Of a stretch of DNA of 64,000 nt, positions 1-14,490 are shown in pieces. The DNA comes from Eledone cirrhosa (lineage: Eukaryota). The stretch is taken from contig OZ024745.1 in the NCBI GenBank assembly GCA_964016885.1, forward strand, positions 126,232,001 through 126,296,000, given 5' to 3'. Position numbers and translations under genes: made by a program. Below the pieces are notes generated by a model. The model was not told the origin of the DNA. It was given only the letters and a program-made list of their open reading frames with translations, and ran no database searches. Every line of letters starts with the position of its first letter. The stretch's first letter is position 1.

Positions 1-523
1 CTTATTAAATTTTGATAATCTATCTCCGGCGAAATTTTATTTTACGTTGTAGCATTCCTGCGACAATTATATTTCTTTATATACATTAAAAAATATTATA
101 TATGACAAGACAAAAAAGTACATTACTAGAAATCCCATGTGTTATAAAATAAATAGGATGGGTTGGGGTTTCAATATGTAAACTAAACGACTAATTCTGG
201 TTTTAAAACAAATCCCTATTATTTAGGACCCGAGAATAATTGTTTCTACATTTGGCACAAGACCAGCAATTTGTAGAGAAGGGGAAAGTTGATTAAATCG
301 ACTCCAGTGCGTTACTGATACTTTATTTATCGACCCCGCAAGGATAAAAGAAAAAATTCACCCCGGCGGGATTTGAACTCAGAATCTGTAGGGATGTATG
401 ATAACATTTATTAATAAAAGACCAAAACAATAACAAAACTAACGCGCATTCAATCTCACTTTGAAATGTTTACAAACTAAATAAGCTGAATTGCAATTTA
501 TACAATGAAGGTGTGTTTGCGTG

Positions 524-934
<411 letters not shown>

Positions 935-1010
935 TACAGAGTGTCGCCCCCCAAAACGTATACACACTACAACATTCTCATAAATGTATGTGTACATTTT
1001 TTGGCGACAC

Positions 1011-1049
<39 letters not shown>

Positions 1050-1350
1050 CAAAGAGATATTTAATTTGTTGGTTATTCAACAAATTTATTTATAACAGAT
1101 TCGAAGCACTCTACAGTTTTCTTCTGGAGTATAATATCAATGATATTAATAAATGGAAACTATCTTTATAAAACCGTATTTATTTTATTATATATATTAT
1201 AGTTAAGATTTCAAGGGTACCAAAATTTTGGTGAGCTCTCCTCATCAGATAAAATACAAAAGTTGTTTTATAAATATTGACATATGCAAAAAACAAGAAC
1301 TTATTCTCATAAATGTATGTCTACATTTTTTGGCGACACCTGTATATATG

Positions 1351-1387
<37 letters not shown>

Positions 1388-1478
1388 GGTGCCCCCCCCC
1401 CCCCGCAAAAAACCCACAAATGTATACACACTACAACATTCTTATAAACGTATGTATAGATTTTTGGGCGACACCTAT
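935..1478. mobile_element. Cluster of tiny Tc1/mariner-type MITEs (~935-1014, partial ~1300-1344, ~1383-1478)
   Basis: Ends tacagagtgtcgcc...ggcgacacctgta form TIRs with TA flanks; the internal tatacacactacaacattct is shared between copies. Confidence 0.7.
1181..1256 (-). ncRNA. Degenerate hammerhead-like motif in a solo PLE terminal-repeat copy (homology ~1142-1285)
   Basis: Minus strand tattttat-CTGATGA-...-ccttGAAA-...-TA-ataaaata; flanks match 53357-53500 and 56686-56825; stems II and III are disrupted. Confidence 0.5.
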
Positions 1479-1497
1479 ATGTATGTATGTATGTATG

Positions 1498-1557
<60 letters not shown>

Positions 1558-1983
1558 TATGTGCATGTGTTTTTCTATAAAGGCAAATTTCTTTGCATAA
1601 TGTTTGTCTAACGTATGTAGTTTGATATTAGTTTTAAAAGCATTTTTTTTTTAGCTGTAGAGCACATTAAAGTTGTCCAAACAACAAGTGTTTTTAAAAA
1701 TGTAGTAGTTTCTTAACTTAACCAAACAATTGATTGAGTTCGTTCGATTAGTGTGACTAAATCGCCGAAATATAAAGTTAGTTGTATGCCTATTTATCTT
1801 TCTCAGACATTCAACAATATGGTCGGTGTATACGCAAATATACATATTAGATACTAACTATACAGTAGCTAACTAAGCTAGGGTAGACACAGTCAACGAA
1901 GACAAACACCACCACCACTATATTCTTCTCTCTATCTAGCTGTCTATCTAACTACACAGAAAGATATCTAACTACACGTGTGT

Positions 1984-2087
1984 ATATGAAAAATTCGGTA
2001 CCCTGGCGGCTGAGCTCCTGCCGTTTCAACGGATCTAGCTGTTGAAATGGCAGGAGCTCAGCCGTCGGGGTCCCGAATTTTTCATAT
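1984..2087. repeat. Imperfect ~104-bp palindrome containing the 3' half of a hammerhead motif; rearranged second copy at ~2131-2220
   Basis: atatgaaaaattcgg...ccgaatttttcatat arms; GAAA-tggc/gccg-TC-ggggtcc; homologous to 49560-49676. Confidence 0.8.
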
Positions 2088-3101
2088 TACTTATCTATCT
2101 AGCTAGCTGTCTATCTAACTATACATGTTTATATGAAAAATTCAGTACCCTGGCGGCTGAGCTCCTGCCGTTTCAACGGAACTAGCTGTTGAAACGTCAA
2201 CAGCTAGTTCCGTTGAAACTACTCTAAGTATCGAGTACTCTGGTGAATAATGGTCTAACTGCTTTTACCGCATCCATTCTGATTTACACATATGTTTTGT
2301 TTATCTATGTATCTATCACTTATCCTAGGTCTTGACATTAGTAATACGAACCGTTTTCCCATCCGTCACCTCACTCCCAACCAAATCTATATCAACATTA
2401 GTCGAAGTCCAAAAGACAAACATATGATTGTGGTGACGATAGTATGATAGCCGTGTTCCTAGAAGTAGCAGTAGTATTTTTAGGTGAGTGGTTATGACGA
2501 TGGTGGTGATGGAGTGGAATGTAGTAGTGGGAGTAGTACGATCAACGAAAATGGTTATGGTGAAGGTTATGCAGGTGGTAGTGGTGGAATTAGCTAAAGT
2601 TTTGACGATAAAGATATAGTAGTATAGGTTGTAGTAGAACTAGTGTTTGTAGAAGTAGTTCGTAGTGATATTTGGGGGGTTTAAAATAGTAGTTGTGATG
2701 ATATTTATCGTGGTAATAAATGTGCCGGTGTTTACATGTGTTGGCAATGGTGGTTTGATGTTAAATGCGAACAAGCCGGGTTTGCCGGCTTTCATTCGTT
2801 TGCAACCGGTATTGCTTTCTTCTTTCTTTCCATCATACCACATCCTAGCGAAAACACTTTGCCCTCATTTCTCCCCCACTTTCACCCTTCTTTACTTCCA
2901 TTCTTTCTTTCCGGCGTAAAAATAAAGGTGAGAGTTGAGGCAGGTGACATGTCAGAGTTGAGATAACAAAATATAGTAAAAGTTTCAAGAGATGATACAA
3001 AAAATAGATATCAATTAAAAATAATTGGGACACTTAGAATGAATGCAATATCGTATACACCGCCCTCTCTTTCTCTTTCTTCATATATATATACATACAC
3101 A

Positions 3102-3142
<41 letters not shown>

Positions 3143-3196
3143 GCAAATGAATGAAGGTGTTACAAGCCGTTAAAACAAGTTCTTTATATAAATCTT

Positions 3197-3228
<32 letters not shown>

Positions 3229-3314
3229 TATATAAACATATATATATACACTCAAATATGGTTTTTGATTATGTGTATCGAATGATAATCTCGCCTCCCC
3301 CTTCTCTCTCTATG

Positions 3315-3347
<33 letters not shown>

Positions 3348-3658
3348 AAATGTAGCGTGTATATAATTTACAAAACTAGAACGATTCATAGGAATTAGAA
3401 GAACTAGGTCGCTTTAAAATCAAGGGCCCATGCTAAATTGCTCCTCCTGTTCTGACGAATAATATATATACAGTTAGTTATATCTGTATGTATAAATATA
3501 TATATAATCAGTATATATAAATATATATACTGACTACAAGTAACCGGAAACACGTATTTGGCATGTTTACATTTTTATTTACTAAAAATGTTTAAATTTA
3601 TATGCAGTCTCGATTACTGCTATGTACAGATAACTTTATCATTCATATCTAAATATAT

Positions 3659-3730
<72 letters not shown>

Positions 3731-3848
3731 ATACATGTATCTATACATATATACATGTATCTCTCTTTCTCTCTCTTTATGTATACATACATATACATAT
3801 CTAACGATATACTGTATGTTTATAAATAAACATTTTGAAACCCTTCAG

Positions 3849-3915
<67 letters not shown>

Positions 3916-4214
3916 CACACACACACACACACATACATAAGCATAACTACACTTTAGTGTCTCTTACTCTGAGTTTGCTTCCTCATAACTTTCTTAATAA
4001 GATAATTGTTTCTACGTTTTGGCACAAGGCCAGCAATTAACCAGTGCATTACTGGTACTTTATTTTATCTTAATAAGATAATTAATAAAGAAATTTCGCA
4101 GCCACATATTTTCGAAGGTGGTGATGAAATGATAAATAAAATTATTATTATCTATCATTTTTTTTTCGCAATTGATAGATGTAGAAATGACATTACGTTC
4201 TTGTAGAAAATCTA

Positions 4215-4392
4215 AATTGTTTCTACTTTTGGCACAAGGCCAGCAATTACCCCAGTGCATTACTGGTACTTTATTTTATCGACCCCGTAAAGATGAAAGG
4301 CAAAGTTAACTTCGACGAGATTAGAACTCAGAACGTAAAGGGTCATATCTCTATGCTGCAAAGCATGGTGCCTGACGCCAATCCACGGCCAT
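4215..4392 (-). mobile_element. tRNA-derived SINE with Deu/Nin-like core (dominant family, roughly 40 copies or fragments in the window)
   Basis: Family consensus ggcagtatcggtagag (A box)...gagttcaaatccc (B box)...gttaactttgcctttcatccttacggggtcgataaaataaagtaccag...gtagaaacaatt. Confidence 0.85.
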
Positions 4393-4865
4393 ATGAAATA
4401 ATCGTTGATTAGTATTATTGATTATCAAAAAAAGATGTATTATTAAGAAAGTTACGGGGAAATAAAGTTTTCTTTTTTTTTTTTTGTGGGGGGCATTATA
4501 TTTTAGTTACATACATACACACATACATATACATACATATACATACACACATACATATACATACATAGATATACATACACACATACATGCATACACATAT
4601 ACATACACACACGCACACACATACATACATTCATGCATACATACATACATGCACACACGCACACACATACATACATACATACATACATACATACATACAT
4701 ACATACATACATACATACATGTCACGCAAATTAGAGACGATAGCATCAGTTTTCAATTTTCTTTTCACCATCTTCGGAATTGAAGACTTTCATAATTAAT
4801 GTTTATTTTTTTTGTTGTTGTTTTTTTTTTTGCACTATAACATACATGATGCATATGTATTATGC

Positions 4866-4937
<72 letters not shown>

Positions 4938-5031
4938 GAATATGCATTTATATTTACATACACAAAAATATGCACCGACACATACAAAAATGTGCGCACA
5001 CAAATATACATATATTCAAACATGCGTTATA

Positions 5032-5091
<60 letters not shown>

Positions 5092-5237
5092 TGTATGTAT
5101 GTATGTATGTATATATATATATATATGCATATTATATATACATGAATATATGCATATTATATATATGTGTGTATATACATATATATAATCATTCTTACGC
5201 TCGCATGCATGGGAAAAAAGTTTAGTTTTGACATTTC

Positions 5238-5306
<69 letters not shown>

Positions 5307-6129
5307 TATATAGTCCCCCACCACCACCCCACTCTCAAGCGTGAAACTAAAAACCAAACCATTTGTACTGCCTCTCTGTTTTTTGTTCTCTGTCCATTTA
5401 TTCAAATATATATAGAGAGATAGATAGATAGATATTCTCACACATACGCAGATTATATATGTAACTTCACAAGCCGGCCTAGATTCTCTGTTGTTTGTAG
5501 TTCAAATCAAACTGTGTCGAATTAAGATTTTCCTTCTCATCGGGGGTTGTGTAAAAATATCTATTTTATGTTAGGGTTACCTTCAGGCCTTATCTACCCA
5601 AGGTCCCTACAAATCTCACATTGTTTTCTTGTAAAAACAAACAAAACACTCTTGCGGCAGAGCATGAGGTAAGCTGCCGGCGAGCGAAATCCGCGATTAA
5701 GGTTTTTATGTATGGTTAAGCACATACATTATTTATGCAGCGAATGCCCCTCTGGCAAAATTTTAGTATCTACCCTTAATGTAAATAGCCTGGACACCTT
5801 TAAAAACATATTATATCATTATTATTTTTTTCCGGTGAACTGAATCTTACACACGGTATAATACCCAATTTTACTTTTACATACACTCCACGCAATAAAC
5901 CCATTACAACTTGTTCCGCACTCTTTCCAAATAAACATGCATTTGCAGCTTGGTAGGCATCAGGGTTTCGAATAAAGATATAAGCACATACATTCGAATA
6001 TACGTAGATTGCGAAGAAAAAATGCCAGATCCCCCTTAACAAAACTTGCATGTATCATAAGTGCAAAACATTATGTTTTATATGTATATCATATATATTG
6101 AACGTTTTTTTTTCTCTTTTTTTTTTATG

Positions 6130-6214
<85 letters not shown>

Positions 6215-6943
6215 CGTTTATGTATGTATTATATGGTATGCTCTCCTCACCGCTGTGCAGTGCTCCTTGGCTCAATGTGTGTTGTGGTAGTAGAAGAACA
6301 GTGAATATCCGTCTTTGAGTCTTCTGAACAGAAAGAATCGTAGAACTGCCAGGAAGGCTTCATAGCAATATAAGCCGAACTCCACAACTGGCCCAGCGTG
6401 CAAATAATTCGTGCACATGCCCTGTGCCTGTTTGCCTGTCTCGCACGCACACTCAGCCTCTCATCATATCTCTTCCTCTCACTTGCTTAATTCCTCTTTC
6501 TCTCTCTCTCTCGCTCTTTCTCTCTCTCACTCGCTCTTTCTCTCTCTCTCCTTCGCTCTATACACTTACATGTATCTGTCCATCTCTTCGGTTTTATGTT
6601 TCTCTCTTTTTTTTTTTATCACTGCTTTTTAATACTTCCCTATCTCCCCCCCCCCCCCCCTATCTCTCTCTCTCTCTCTCTTCAATATCTTTTCCTTTCT
6701 ATTTTATTTCATACCTCTTTTTCTCTCCCTATTCCTCTTGTTTATTCGCACCTCCCACTTTCATTCCATCCTAATTTTCTGCCCTCCTGCTGCTACTCCT
6801 GTTGTTGTTCCTGTCACTACTACTCACCCCCTTACCTCGTCTCAATCTCTGTTATATACTTTCACCCCCTTCCTTTGTCATATGTTCTCTCAATTGATCT
6901 GTCTATCTATCTCTCCCTCCTCTCTCTCGCTCTCTCTCTCTCT

Positions 6944-6978
<35 letters not shown>

Positions 6979-7149
6979 TATAACATTATCCCCTTCTACC
7001 TGTGCTCGCTTTTGTTCCCCTTCCCCCCACCCTGACCTACTATTGAGATGTACTTTTTATTTCAACTTCTACTATATCTCTTCCTATCATTAACGTCTGC
7101 CTCTTCCATTTGCAACCATATATTCCTCACTCGAATGTTCTACTATCTC

Positions 7150-7600
7150 TCTCTCTCTCTCTCGCTCTCGCTCTCTTTCTTTCGTTTTCGTTATCTTTCT
7201 CTCTCTCTCTTTCTCTGTCTTTCTTTCACTCGTTTTCTCTCCGGTTATTCCTCTCTCTCTCTCTCTTTCTTTCGTTTTCGTTATCTTTCTCTCTCTCTCT
7301 TTCTCTGTCTTTCTTTCACTCGTTTTCTCTCCGGTTATTCCTCTCTCTCTCTCTCTTTCTTTCGTTTTCGTTATCTTTCTCTCTGTCTTTCTCAGTCTTT
7401 CTTTCACTCGTTTTCTCTCCGGTTATTCCTCTCTCTCTCTCTTTCTTTCGTTTTCGTTATCTTTCTCTCTGTCTTTCTCAGTCTTTCTTTCACTCGTTTT
7501 CTCTCCGGTTATTCCTCTCAAATGTCTCTATTTTTCTTTCTATTTTTCTTTCTATTTTTCTTTCTATTTTTCTTTCTATTTTTCTTTCTATTTTTCTTCC
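7150..7600. repeat. Pyrimidine-rich minisatellite (~85-bp unit x4) followed by a 12-mer (ctatttttcttt)n
   Basis: Repeated ttctttcgttttcgttatctttct...cactcgttttctctccggttattcc. Confidence 0.95.
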
Positions 7601-7631
7601 CCTTCTACCACTCACACACACATTCTCTCTC

Positions 7632-7692
<61 letters not shown>

Positions 7693-7807
7693 TTCATTCA
7701 GCTGTTTGGTTGTATCTCAGTAAAATACTGTCACTCTCTGTGACAGAACGAGAGTAAGTTGTATATAACTTACTTTCTCCTTCTTTTGCTCACTCCCTCC
7801 TTCTTAT

Positions 7808-7955
<148 letters not shown>

Positions 7956-8077
7956 TGACTCTCTTTCACTCACTCACTCTCTTTGTTTACTTGCTCGACA
8001 GAGCGATTATTTCTGATCATCCGTTGAAAACTAAGTTATGGTGTTCGTGTGTGCGTATATCTGTTACATAGATAGCT

Positions 8078-8159
<82 letters not shown>

Positions 8160-8369
8160 GAAACGTTTAATGACGGGGCACACCCGCACTTAAGACGATC
8201 TGTAGTAGAAAATATGACTAGTTTTAATGTTTGTGTTCATATACTCTTGTATATTCAGAATCGTTAGAGCGTTGGACAAATGCTTCGTTTGTGTCGTTCG
8301 TTACAAATTTTACGTTCTGCGTTCATGTCACACCCAAGTCAACTTTCATTTTCTTTCGCCCTTCCAGCG

Positions 8370-8600
8370 TTGATATAATAAATGTCCGGCCGCTTCCTTT
8401 TTGTACCGGTCACCGTCGAGACCTCTGGTGTCCTTGGTCCCCGCTCTGCCGATTTACTCTGCAAAATCGGAAAGACATGCAGCTCGTCTGAAGAAAGAAC
8501 CCCGTGTGACGAGCTGACTGTTGAAGCGGGTGTCACTGGCGATTCTCCGTGGCAATGCCGGCGCCCTTCCGTCTGCGGGCCACGGCCGAATCACCATTCC
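8370..8600 (+). mobile_element. 3' fragment of a CRE-like non-LTR retrotransposon (restriction-like endonuclease C-terminus), frameshifted
   Basis: FLFVPVTVETSGVLGPRSADLLCKIG, then RVSLAILRGNA in another frame. Confidence 0.7.
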
Positions 8601-9023
8601 AACTGGGATGTAGAATTTGTGCCCCTCCCCCTCCATCTCTCAATTTCCTTCGTTGCTTCATTCTTTCTCTTCTTTCTTTCCCCTTTTTTTTTGTTTCATG
8701 TAATTATTGTCAACATAAATTTTCTTTATTTCTCTTTCTATTAAACTGTATTTATATTGTTCACTCATTACTACGAGGCAATTATCGGCTGATTACAGAA
8801 GCTAAACAACGAAAGAACGAGGAAAATCGTGCCACTTTGACCTCCGTACGGGAAACTGACGGTGTACACCAGGTCTGAACATGTAAATATTGTTATTTGT
8901 CAAGTACTTCAGTTTCCTTTTCCTCTGATTTGTTGGATTTGAGTCTGAATTAGAAACCGTGTCACTTTATCACAACTTTTCTCTTTCTTTCTCCATCGCT
9001 ACACCTTCTACATGCAATCTGTA

Positions 9024-9206
9024 TTGGCAGTATCGGTAGAGGGTCGGTCGCCATGCTTTGCAGCAACGATTTACGGCCCTTTATGGTCAGAGTTCAAATC
9101 CCGCCGAGGTTAACTTTGCCTTTCATCCTTACGGGGTCGATAAAATAAAGTACCAGCAATTCACTGGTATAATTGGTGACCTTGTGCCAAAAATAGAAAC
9201 AATTAT
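9024..9206 (+). mobile_element. SINE, dominant family, full length
   Basis: Matches the family consensus from head to tail. Confidence 0.9.
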
Positions 9207-9508
9207 TACTATATATATACGTGTGTGTGTGTCTAACCGTTGCTAGCAGGGAAAGTGGACGGTAAAATGACGACAAACAACAAACAACAAACAACAAACA
9301 GGGCTATTTTCCCTAGTTGCTGTGGTATGGTTTGGACATAACGGTTCCCATCCATAATATACCGAAACCTATACATATCTAATCGTTGTTGACGCCCAGA
9401 AAAAATGGCTGATGACCGGAAATTGTTTGTTTCTATAGATTTGTCCCATCTCCAGTTTGATTTACAGTATTTTCTGGACACTATACAGTTTTCCACCTAC
9501 ACTTGCTC

Positions 9509-9601
<93 letters not shown>

Positions 9602-9643
9602 TCGGAATACAAAAGGCAACAAACGACAACGCAGGAGTATAAG

Positions 9644-9693
<50 letters not shown>

Positions 9694-9739
9694 ATATATA
9701 TGTATATATATGTATATATGTATATACATATATATATAT

Positions 9740-9799
<60 letters not shown>

Positions 9800-9868
9800 G
9801 TATATATATATATATATATATGTGTATATATATATATATGTGTATATATATGTATATATATGTATATA

Positions 9869-10062
<194 letters not shown>

Positions 10063-10373
10063 AACACATATAAATGTGTGTGTTTGTAAATGTGTGTGTT
10101 TGTAACATTCCTCTGCTAGATCCTCACAATGGCGTCTACAAGGTAAAAGAAAAAGAAGGCAGCCGATCAACATGTGGTGCCGTGGTGATGAGGCCGTCAT
10201 AGGTTGAATATATTACACCTGGAAATAACTTGGTTGAAAAGGTCCAAAATAGAGACGGTCGTAGAAAATAAAATAAGATATATCTCAAAAGTCAAATTTC
10301 TTTTCCAGACTAGATTGGAAGCAACATCAATCAAAATTAATGAGGATTTCTCATTGTATATTACATATGTTTG

Positions 10374-10642
10374 TGGAGGCGTGTTGCTTTGTGATAAGGG
10401 TGTTGGATTTACGATCATAATTCCATGGGTTCGATTCCTGGACTAGGGTGTGTGTTGTGTTCTTAAGCAAAGCACTCCATTTCCCGTTGTTCCAGTATAC
10501 TCAGTTGACATAGTTTTGGGTTTAACTCTGCGATGGACTGGCTGGCGTCCTGGCCATGGAGGTGTCTTGTGCTTTCAGTCGCTTAACGCCATGGTAACCT
10601 GGATAATCAGCGGCCTAATGAGTCTTCGAGCTCGAGACAGAC
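10374..10642 (+). mobile_element. Second tRNA-derived SINE family (V/Meta-domain-like); internally deleted copy at ~60280-60460
   Basis: A/B boxes (gggttcgattcc), tgtgttcttaagcaaagcact, ctgcgatggactggc and cagtcgcttaacgccatgg; the head and the last two motifs recur in the second copy. Confidence 0.7.
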
Positions 10643-10664
10643 GTTTTCAGATTATGGAGCTGCA

Positions 10665-10980
10665 AAACAGAATTTGGCAAGCCATCAGGCCCTACGAAGA
10701 CCTGCTGATCATTGTAAAAATAAAAAAACCCGCAAATTGAGATAGTACGGGTACGTGACAAAATCTTCAGGGCTTGCCATGACTGTCCTGCGGGGATCAG
10801 TAAAAAGAGAGAGGAATAGAGGCAGACAGAGAAAGAGGTGGGAAGACAACATCCTAGAGTGGACAGGCATGAGGCTAGGTGCAACCATGAGGAAGGTGGA
10901 GAGACGAGAGGAATGGAGGGAGCTGGTTACCAGGTCATATGTAGTGTCCCAACAGTCCACCAGACTACGGGACAGATGAG
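10665..10980 (+). mobile_element. 3' end of an RTE-type LINE ORF, decayed
   Basis: TVLRGSVKRERNRGRQRKRWEDNILEWTG...REEWRELV. Confidence 0.85.
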
Positions 10981-11194
10981 ATTATATAGGTTTAGTTATT
11001 TGGCATGTAAAACCCTGCTGCCTTTATATTGTTTTTTAGCCCAAGATTAGCTCTGATTAAGCAAGTGTATGAGAAGCATAAATAACAGCTATAGCCATTC
11101 CATCGTAATTTCAAGCAATTTATCCAACAGTACACTATCCTTCTATACTAAATAGCTCGGCCCTCAATGACTAATGGAAGATAGTCGCATTTCA

Positions 11195-11800
11195 AAGCAA
11201 TTCCTGTTTGATGAATTAGCAAGTGGTAAAAGAAGCAGAGGCCGACCACTGAAGCACTGGAAGGACTGCATTAAAGAGGATCTGAACGCATTCGACTTCA
11301 ACATCTCAACATAGCATGACCTGACTGCAGACTGCAGTGGTTGGAGGAAGCAGGAGAAGTGTGGTTGTACTCTTTCAGGAGTTCATCTGGCCCACCAAGC
11401 AGAAGTGTGATTGTACTCTTTCAGGAGTTCATCTGGCCCACCAAGCGGACAAGTGTGGTTGTACTCTTTCAGGAGTTCATCTGGCCCACCAAGCAGAAGT
11501 GTGGTTGTACTCTTTCAGGAGTTCATCTGGCCCACCAAGCGGACAGGTGTGGTTGTACTCTTTCAGGAGTTCATCTGGCCCACCAAGCGGAAAAGTGTGG
11601 TTGTACTCTTTCAGGAGTTCATCTGGCCCACCAAGCGGACAAGTGTGGTTGTACTCTTTCAGGAGTTCATCTGGCCCACCAAGCAGGAGAAGTGTGGTTG
11701 TACTCTTTCAGGGGTTCATCTGGCCCACCAAGTGGACAAGTGCCGAAGACAACGTCATAATGAGAGTCTCATCGCCAATAATGATGAGGACGAGAGAAGA
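11195..11800 (+). mobile_element. 3' end of an RTE(BovB-like) LINE containing an internal tandem array
   Basis: ELASGKRSRGRPLKHWKDCIKEDL...W precedes the array; a short hairpin-forming tail follows it. Confidence 0.75.
11357..11742 (+). repeat. Minisatellite, 8 units of 46-49 bp
   Basis: aagtgtggttgtactctttcaggagttcatctggcccaccaagc repeated nearly identically with no unique spacers. Confidence 0.98.
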
Positions 11801-12799
11801 CATTATCCAACGTGTTCTTGTTTAAAAGATGGTAGGGTGTGATTCGGTTGTTGCTATTATTAGAAGCCGACTTTGACCATGTAAAGCTTTCTTCAATTGG
11901 TCCTATGTTAGTAATGTCGCTGCTAGTGATGTTGCTATAGTGATGTTGTTTTTACATTTGCTGCCCTTGTTTCACAATAATCGAGTAGACTTATGATCAA
12001 ATTCATTCGGTAAGTGTTTTATTGCGATATTTATTGTATCTAGAATTACATTATCTAATGTGTTCTTTTTTAAACGCAGTGTAATTTGAGTAAGATTTGG
12101 CTATTACTTCCTACAGGTCGTGCTAGAGCGTAGAACCTCTCTTGTTTGCTCATTGATGCTGTTTATAATGAAGTGTATAATGCTGCAATTATAAATCGTC
12201 TTTTTTGATTTTAAGGGCTCTTCATCACCATAGGGTTTTAGGTCAGTAATGCTAAGCAAACACATCGATATAATCTAATGAAATATTTTTATCGATTATT
12301 CAGGAGAAGTAATGAGGTACTGCTCTCTCTCCCTTTTCCCTACTCGAACGTGGCCACTGCTGAAGGCATCTAAGGTATAGGCGTTAAGTCGAGGAACAGC
12401 TTAAGTTTTTCAACCAAATAAGGGACGGCGAGATTTGAAATCAGAACGCAAAATGTTAGAACAAATACCGCAAGGTTTCCCACTCGACACAAACGATTCC
12501 ACCAGTCCACCTCCCTTAAATTGTAATAGATTTATGGAAGTATGAAAGGCAAAATTGACCTATATGAGATTTGAACTCAGAAGAGCTCTTCATCAAAAAT
12601 ACTTTGTTCAACGCTGTGACGCTTCCTTCACATATTCAGTATCTCTACCATAAACGGATACAGAAACACTAGACAGATACATTAGTATGATTAGTTTTAT
12701 TTGTGGGTATGCATCAAAAACCTATAGTATCGTTACCCCAATAAAATGAGCCCAGGGAGTGTGGGACAGCCCTCTCGGGTGTATTGAACCCCAGGTGTA

Positions 12800-12905
12800 A
12801 GTTTCTTCGTGACCCCAACGGACAGAATGGAGAAAGCATTACCTCGGATGATAGCGAGGAAGAGACGTTGAAATAGCCATTTCAGTTGTTGCGAGTGTCC
12901 AACAC
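12800..12905 (-). mobile_element. CRE-like retrotransposon 3' fragment
   Basis: Minus strand encodes WLFQRLFLAIIRGNAFSILS, homologous to 14400-14465. Confidence 0.65.
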
Positions 12906-13994
12906 CCCCGGAATAACAGTGAGTAAGGAAGTAGTAGTGTGGGTGGAGAAATGGCAGAGTCGTTAGAACGTCGGATAGAATGCTTTACGGTATTCGTTCC
13001 GGCACTCTGCTCTCTGAATTCAAATCCAGCCGAGGTCAACTTTGTCTTTCACCCTTTCGAGGTCGATAAAAAAAAGTACCAGTCTAGTACTGGGGTGAAT
13101 TATTCCTCTATATCTCTTCCTCATTTCTTCTCTCTCATTTTCTATCTTTCTCTGGAAGAAATCTGCTGTACTCAGGCCTGGAGAGGGGTGGGCTCTGCCA
13201 GGCTTAAAATGCCCAAGAAACGCTGTATATTTATACGGCACCCGCTACAACACTATCAAGAATTACGGGACCATAATTCTTGTTGTAATATATGCTGCTT
13301 TCCGATAGGTTTGTCTTTGAACCTGTGGCGCTGGAGAGCTTTGGCGTTCTTGAACCCAATCCTTGTATCTCCAGCGCCACAGGTTCAAAGACAAACCTAT
13401 GGGAAAGCAGCATATATTACAACAACATGACATCTTGTCATGAACTACAACAGCAACTGCGAGCTACATAAACTGCTCTTCCTCATGGTAATTATTTTAT
13501 CCTCAAGAGAGAGAAAAATATAGTACCGTGAGTATTTCGTTCGCGTTCGCGTCATTGCTGATATCATTTATACGTCACTAGCGGGTGGGACCGATTAGTC
13601 AGGCTGTTACAGATGGCGCTGTGGTTGTTGTTGTTACTGTTGCCGTAATTATAGTTCATTGTTCATTGTTATGGATGATGATTCCAACCACTTCTACACT
13701 TGTATTACAATATTTTAATGTCTGAAACTCGAGAAGTTTTTTCTACTCTTGACATCTAGATAAGAAAAAAAACAACACACACATACACGCATATACACAC
13801 ACATACGCACACACGTATATATATATACGTGTGTGCGTATGTGTGTGTATATATATATATATATATATACACAGACACACAGACACTCAGACACACACGC
13901 ACACACACACACAAACACACACACACACAGTGAGAGAGAGAGAGAGGGAAAGAGATATCTTTCGTTGCTGGTGGGCTGTGCTTGTTGAAACTTC

Positions 13995-14194
13995 CGCTGT
14001 TGTTGTCGTTGTTGCTGTTGTGTTCTCTGTGGTTGTTGTTGTTGTTGCTGTTGCTGTTGTTGTTGTTGTTGGTGATGGTGGTGGTGTTGTCATTGCAGTT
14101 GTTGTTGTTGTTGTTGTTGTTGTCGTTGTTGTTGTTGTCGCTGTTGTTGTTGCTGCTGCTGCTGTTGTTGTAGCTGTTGTTGTTGTTGTTGTTT
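13995..14194. repeat. Degenerate (GTT)n trinucleotide repeat
   Basis: Visible; explains the poly-V/L/T ORFs. Confidence 0.97.
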
Positions 14195-14259
14195 AGTTTT
14201 AGTCCATCCCTGCTCCAGCTGACCTGTCACCAAAAGAATTCTACTCATAATTAATTCTT

Positions 14260-14490
14260 CAAATACCGGTGGGTCTCCGACAGGTTTGCGATTGTACCCT
14301 TAGCAGTGGAGACTTCTGGTGTCCTCGGCCCTAGGGCTACCTCCCTACTCACCTCCATAGGCGCTGAACTGACCAGCCGCAGGTGTGAGCCTCGCGAGCT
14401 GGAATGGCTTTTCCAGCGCGCCTCCCTTGCTGTCCTCCAGGGAAACGCCTTCTCCATTCTGTCCGCCGGGGCTGTGGGGAGGTCACCAAT
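14260..14490 (+). mobile_element. CRE-like retrotransposon 3' fragment (RLE domain end)
   Basis: FAIVPLAVETSGVLGPRATSLLTSIG...WLFQRASLAVLQGNAFSILS. Confidence 0.75.

Noticed and set aside
1726-1785. Hammerhead-like tgattga...gaaa...ta gttgt
   Set aside because: Core spacing is wrong and stem III is unsupported
9024-9110. tRNA genes
   Set aside because: The A/B boxes belong to SINE heads; there is no cloverleaf and each is followed by the SINE core
9409-9425. ctgatgaccggaaa, and ctgatga words at ~17681, ~45700 and ~47693
   Set aside because: No room for stem II or no supporting helices; several lie inside LINE or MITE sequence
11357-11742. CRISPR-like array
   Set aside because: Units are contiguous with only 2-5 variable bases, there are no unique spacers or cas genes, and the context is eukaryotic
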